Assembly (NCBI RefSeq): GCF_056712565.1
Contig: NZ_CM160072.1
Strand: one strand, 5' to 3'
Length of the DNA: 64,000 bases
The notes beneath the pieces were generated by a model. It saw only the letters and a list, made by a program, of their open reading frames with translations. It was not told where the DNA came from and ran no database searches. Of the stretch, positions 58,975-64,000 are shown piece after piece. A program made the position numbers and the translations under genes. The stretch's first letter is position 1. The number at the start of each line of letters is the position of its first letter.

Positions 58975-59868
58975 ATGGAACAGCTGCGTGCCGAATTAAG
59001 CCATTTACTGGGCGAAAAACTCAGTCGTATTGAGTGCGTCAATGAAAAAGCGGATACGGCGTTGTGGGCTTTGTATGACAGCCAGGGAAACCCAATGCCG
59101 TTAATGGCAAGAAGCTTTAGTGCGCCCGGAAAAGCCCGACAACTGGCATGGAAAACCACCATGCTGGCAAGAAGTGGGACTGTCCGTATGCCGACTATTT
59201 ATGGTGTGATGACGCATGAAGAACACCCCGGCCCCGATGTCCTGCTACTGGAGCGAATGCGTGGTGTTTCGGTGGAGGCACCAGCCCGAACACCAGAACG
59301 CTGGGAACAACTCAAAGATCAAATCGTTGAAGCCTTACTGGCCTGGCACCGTCAGGACAGTCGTGGTTGCGTCGGCGCGGTCGACAATACTCAGGAAAAT
59401 TTCTGGCCCTCATGGTACCGGCAACATGTTGAAGTGCTATGGACCACGCTCAATCAGTTCAATAACACCGGTCTAACGATGCAGGATAAGCGGATCCTGT
59501 TTCGCACTCGCGAATGTCTCCCGGCATTATTTGAAGGCTTTAACGACAATTGTGTACTGATTCACGGTAACTTCTGTTTACGTAGCATGCTGAAAGATTC
59601 GCGCAGCGATCAGTTACTGGCGATGGTCGGACCGGGACTAATGCTTTGGGCACCGCGAGAATACGAACTGTTCCGACTAATGGATAATTCTCTGGCGGAA
59701 GATTTGCTCTGGAGTTATCTGCAACGCGCGCCAGTGGCGGAGTCGTTCATCTGGCGGCGTTGGTTGTATGTGTTATGGGATGAAGTTGCGCAACTGGTCA
59801 ACACCGGACGATTTAGTCGGCGTAACTTCGATCTGGCATCAAAATCACTCTTGCCGTGGCTCGCCTGA
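58975..59868 (+). CDS. ycbJ: kinase-like protein YcbJ
   Basis: 297-aa ORF, syntenic; 3' end overlaps convergent elyC by 24 bp. Confidence 0.85.
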   Translation: MEQLRAELSHLLGEKLSRIECVNEKADTALWALYDSQGNPMPLMARSFSAPGKARQLAWKTTMLARSGTVRMPTIYGVMTHEEHPGPDVLLLERMRGVSVEAPARTPERWEQLKDQIVEALLAWHRQDSRGCVGAVDNTQENFWPSWYRQHVEVLWTTLNQFNNTGLTMQDKRILFRTRECLPALFEGFNDNCVLIHGNFCLRSMLKDSRSDQLLAMVGPGLMLWAPREYELFRLMDNSLAEDLLWSYLQRAPVAESFIWRRWLYVLWDEVAQLVNTGRFSRRNFDLASKSLLPWLA

Positions 59869-60624
59869 CGAACCTTTTAGCCACTGCCAGATGCGGCCAA
59901 GCGTTTCATAGCCAACACGATCGCTATGCATCAACCAAACCGGAGAAGGGATTGCCCGTTCCCACGGATTAAGCGGCGAGTCGATGGCCAACTGATTCGC
60001 CGGGGCTGGCAGCGGATTTAGCCCTTCCTGCTGAAAAAAGATCATCGCCCGCGGCAGATGTGATGCGGAGGTCACCAGCAGGAAAGGGGCGTCACCAATT
60101 GCCTGTTTCACTGCCGCAGCTTCTTCTTCGGTATCTTTTGGCAAATCCAGAGTGATAATTTGCTCGCGCGGCACGCCCAGCGATTGCGCAACTCTTGCAC
60201 CTACTTCGGCTGTACTCACCGTATTGGTTTTTGCTACGCCTCCCGTGAAGATCAGTTTTGATCCCGGATTTTCGCGCCATAAGCGAATACCTTCATTCAG
60301 GCGGGGCAGACTGTTATTGATTAAATTCGAGCTTGGTGCCCACTGCGGGTTCCAGGTATAACCACCTCCGAGCACCACGATATAGTCCACTTTTTGCGAA
60401 TTATTCCATGTCGGATAGGTGCTTTCGATGGGACGCAGCAGGCGGTCGGCTACCGGTTGCAAACTCAATAACAAGAGCGCCAGCCACCCAATGCTAATAA
60501 AAATCTTCCCGGTTTTTTGAAAACGGCTAAACCACAGCAGCGCCAGGCCAGCGCCAATAATCAACAACATCAGCGGAAGTGGCAGCAACATATTGCCAAT
60601 CACTTTTTTCAGTGTAAAAAGCAT
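59845..60624 (-). CDS. elyC: envelope biogenesis factor ElyC (YcbC, DUF218)
   Basis: 259-aa ORF with N-terminal TM segment. Confidence 0.85.
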   Translation of the reverse strand: MLFTLKKVIGNMLLPLPLMLLIIGAGLALLWFSRFQKTGKIFISIGWLALLLLSLQPVADRLLRPIESTYPTWNNSQKVDYIVVLGGGYTWNPQWAPSSNLINNSLPRLNEGIRLWRENPGSKLIFTGGVAKTNTVSTAEVGARVAQSLGVPREQIITLDLPKDTEEEAAAVKQAIGDAPFLLVTSASHLPRAMIFFQQEGLNPLPAPANQLAIDSPLNPWERAIPSPVWLMHSDRVGYETLGRIWQWLKGSSGEPRQE

Positions 60625-60759
60625 CCTTTCTGGTTCCTTTTTTGACCATATAGCAAGGGATCGCCAGCGATATTACACCAGACGGGTTCATTCTCGCCGT
60701 GGCTGTGACAAAATAGCGTCTTTATCAGAAAACGTCTTAGCCAACCGGTGGAGAAAGCA

Positions 60760-61545
60760 ATGCAGGATCGCAATTTTGATGATATTGCGGAAAAGTTTTC
60801 CCGTAACATTTACGGCACCACCAAAGGGCAGCTTCGACAGGCTATTCTGTGGCAGGATCTCGATCGCGTGCTGGCGGAAATGGGCCCGCAAAAACTGCGT
60901 GTGCTGGATGCTGGCGGTGGAGAAGGGCAGACCGCAATCAAAATGGCCGAGCGCGGGCATCAGGTCATTTTATGCGATCTTTCTGTGCAGATGATCGACC
61001 GCGCAAAACAGGCGGCAGAAGCAAAAGGTGTGAGCGACAACATGCAATTTATACATTGCGCCGCTCAGGATGTTGCTTCGCATTTGGAAACGCCCGTTGA
61101 TCTGATATTGTTCCATGCGGTGCTCGAGTGGGTGGCCGATCCCCGCAGCGTATTACAGACCCTGTGGTCAGTGTTGCGTCCAGGCGGCGTGTTGTCGTTA
61201 ATGTTCTACAATGCGCATGGTTTGTTGATGCATAACATGGTCGCCGGGAATTTTGATTACGTGCAGGCGGGAATGCCGAAAAAGAAAAAACGGACGCTTT
61301 CGCCAGATTATCCACGCGACCCGGCGCAGGTTTATCTGTGGCTGGAAGAAGCTGGTTGGCAAATTATGGGTAAGACAGGCGTTCGCGTGTTTCATGATTA
61401 TCTGCGCGAGAAGCACCAGCAGCGCGACTGCTATGAAGCATTACTTGAATTAGAAACGCGTTATTGCCGTCAGGAACCGTATATTACCCTGGGGCGTTAT
61501 ATTCATGTCACCGCGCGCAAACCGCAGAGCAAGGATAAAGTATGA
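60760..61545 (+). CDS. cmoM: SAM-dependent methyltransferase CmoM (SmtA)
   Basis: [32 protein letters not shown] motif (track ORF starts at 60748); ATGA overlap with mukF. Confidence 0.9.
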
Positions 61546-62864
61546 GTGAATTTTCCCAGACAGTCCCCGAACTGGTTGCCTGGGCCAGAAAAAATGACTT
61601 CTCCATCTCGCTGCCGGTAGACCGACTCTCTTTTCTGCTGGCGGTTGCCACGCTGAACGGCGAGCGTCTGGATGGTGAGATGAGTGAAGGCGAGCTGGTG
61701 GATGCATTCCGCCATGTGAGTGATGCGTTTGAGCAAACCAGCGAAACCATCGGCGTGCGCGCCAACAACGCGATCAACGACATGGTGCGTCAACGTCTGC
61801 TGAACCGCTTTACCAGCGAGCAGGCGGAAGGGAACGCAATTTACCGTCTGACGCCGCTCGGCATCGGCATCACTGACTATTACATTCGTCAGCGCGAGTT
61901 TTCTACGCTGCGCCTTTCTATGCAATTGTCGATTGTGGCGGGTGAGCTCAAGCGCGCAGCAGATGCCGCCGAAGAGGGCGGTGATGAATTTCACTGGCAC
62001 CGTAATGTTTATGCGCCACTGAAATATTCGGTAGCAGAAATTTTCGACAGTATCGACCTGACGCAACGTCTGATGGATGAACAGCAGCAGCAGGTGAAGG
62101 ATGATATCGCCCAGTTGTTGAACAAAGACTGGCGGGCGGCGATTTCCAGCTGTGAATTGTTGCTTTCAGAAACTTCCGGAACGCTGCGTGAATTGCAGGA
62201 TACGCTGGAAGCGGCAGGCGATAAATTGCAGGCCAACCTGTTACGCATTCAGGATGCGACGATGACCCATGACGACCTGCATTTTGTCGATCGTCTGGTG
62301 TTCGATCTTCAGAGCAAACTCGACCGTATTATCAGTTGGGGCCAGCAATCCATCGACTTGTGGATTGGCTACGACCGCCACGTACACAAATTTATTCGTA
62401 CTGCGATCGATATGGATAAAAACCGCGTCTTTGCTCAGCGGTTACGTCAGTCGGTACAAACCTATTTTGATGAGCCGTGGGCGCTAACTTATGCCAATGC
62501 CGATCGTCTGCTGGATATGCGTGACGAAGAGATGGTACTGCGCGATGAAGAAGTGACTGGGGAACTTCCTGAGGATCTGGAGTACGAAGAGTTTAACGAG
62601 ATCCGCGAACAGCTGGCGGCGATCATCGAAGAACAACTTGCCGTGTACAAAACCAGACAAGTGCCGCTGGATCTTGGTCTGGTGGTACGCGAATATCTGT
62701 CACAGTATCCGCGTGCACGTCACTTTGACGTTGCGCGCATTGTTATTGATCAGGCGGTACGTCTTGGCGTAGCGCAAGCAGATTTCACCGGACTGCCAGC
62801 GAAATGGCAGCCGATTAATGATTACGGAGCCAAGGTACAGGCGCATGTCATCGACAAATATTGA
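61542..62864 (+). CDS. mukF: condensin kleisin MukF
   Basis: 440-aa [27 protein letters not shown]. Confidence 0.95.
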
Positions 62865-63549
62865 ACAAGTGATGCCGGTTAAGCTGGCGCAGGCGCTGGC
62901 GAATCCGTTATTTCCGGCGCTGGATAGCGCCTTACGTTCAGGCCGTCATATTGGCCTCGACGAACTGGATAATCATGCATTCCTGATGGATTTTCAGGAA
63001 TATCTGGAAGAGTTTTACGCGCGTTATAACGTTGAGCTTATTCGCGCACCGGAAGGGTTCTTCTATCTACGCCCACGTTCCACCACGCTGATCCCTCGTT
63101 CCGTCTTGTCGGAACTGGATATGATGGTCGGGAAAATCCTCTGTTATCTCTATCTCAGCCCGGAACGGCTGGCGAATGAGGGGATTTTTACTCAACAGGA
63201 ACTGTACGACGAACTGCTCACCCTGGCCGATGAAGCGAAACTGCTGAAACTGGTGAACAACCGTTCAACCGGTTCAGACGTTGACCGTCAGAAGTTGCAG
63301 GAAAAAGTACGTTCTTCGCTCAACCGTCTGCGTCGTTTAGGCATGGTGTGGTTTATGGGCCACGACAGCAGCAAGTTCCGCATTACCGAATCGGTGTTCC
63401 GCTTCGGCGCCGATGTGCGTGCTGGCGACGATCCCCGTGAAGCACAGCGTCGCCTGATTCGTGATGGTGAAGCAATGCCGATTGAAAATCATCTGCAACT
63501 CAACGATGAAACCGAAGAGAGTCAGCCAGATAGCGGAGAGGAAGAATAA
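62845..63549 (+). CDS. mukE: condensin subunit MukE (track ORF starts at 62818; internal ATG at 62845 assumed)
   Basis: [27 protein letters not shown]; acidic C-terminus. Confidence 0.88.
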
Positions 63550-64000
63550 TGATTGAACGCGGTAAATTTCGCTCACTGACGCTGATTAACTGGAACGGCT
63601 TTTTTGCCCGAACTTTTGACCTTGACGAGCTGGTCACGACGCTTTCTGGCGGTAACGGGGCGGGTAAATCCACCACCATGGCGGCGTTCGTTACGGCGCT
63701 TATCCCCGACCTGACCCTGCTGCATTTCCGTAACACTACGGAAGCCGGGGCCACCAGCGGTTCGCGCGATAAAGGTCTGCACGGTAAGCTGAAAGCGGGT
63801 GTCTGTTATTCGATGCTCGACACCATTAACTCGCACCACCAGCGCGTAGTGGTCGGTGTGCGCCTGCAACAGGTTGCCGGACGCGATCGTAAAGTGGATA
63901 TCAAACCATTTGCCATTCAGGGCCTGCCGATGTCGGTGCAGCCGACACAACTGGTGACCGAAACTCTGAACGAACGCCAGGCGCGCGTGCTGCCGCTTAA
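63549..64000 (+). CDS. mukB: condensin SMC-like ATPase MukB, 5' portion only (runs off the window)
   Basis: ATG at 63549 overlaps the mukE stop (TAATG); [42 protein letters not shown]; absent from the ORF track because there is no in-window stop. Confidence 0.9.
   Translation, partial: MIERGKFRSLTLINWNGFFARTFDLDELVTTLSGGNGAGKSTTMAAFVTALIPDLTLLHFRNTTEAGATSGSRDKGLHGKLKAGVCYSMLDTINSHHQRVVVGVRLQQVAGRDRKVDIKPFAIQGLPMSVQPTQLVTETLNERQARVLPL

Overview
This window is an Escherichia coli-type chromosomal backbone (macAB, cspD, clpSA ... serC-aroA, cmk-rpsA-ihfB, msbA-lpxK, kdsB, mukFEB) with one accessory insertion: a type I-F CRISPR-Cas locus between clpA and infA. Gene calls rest on the supplied ORF track plus my recollection of E. 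coli K-12 proteins and gene order; no database search was run. The locus reads: CRISPR array (6 repeats) - cas1 - cas2-3 - [329-bp gap] - cas8f/csy1 - cas5f/csy2 - cas7f/csy3 - cas6f/csy4 - tRNA-Ser (serW) - CRISPR array (7 repeats). The most interesting signal is in the cas2-3/csy1 gap: a degenerate, reverse-oriented mini-CRISPR (degenerate repeat, 25-nt spacer-like segment, degenerate repeat) whose spacer-like segment matches a CC-PAM-flanked site about 100 bp away at positions 1-13 except positions 6 and 12. That is the signature expected of a CreA/CreR-like Cas-regulating RNA, and I am not aware of it being described for this locus. Other observations: cas5f and cas6f each carry an in-frame TAG, so the effector/processing module looks inactivated while cas1 and cas2-3 are intact; ycaI appears frameshifted near its 3' end; ycaM-ycaN-ycaK appear absent between ycaD and pflA relative to K-12 as I remember it; the ftsK linker carries a PQ-rich tandem repeat array. 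Spacer targets and the strain identity cannot be determined without a search.
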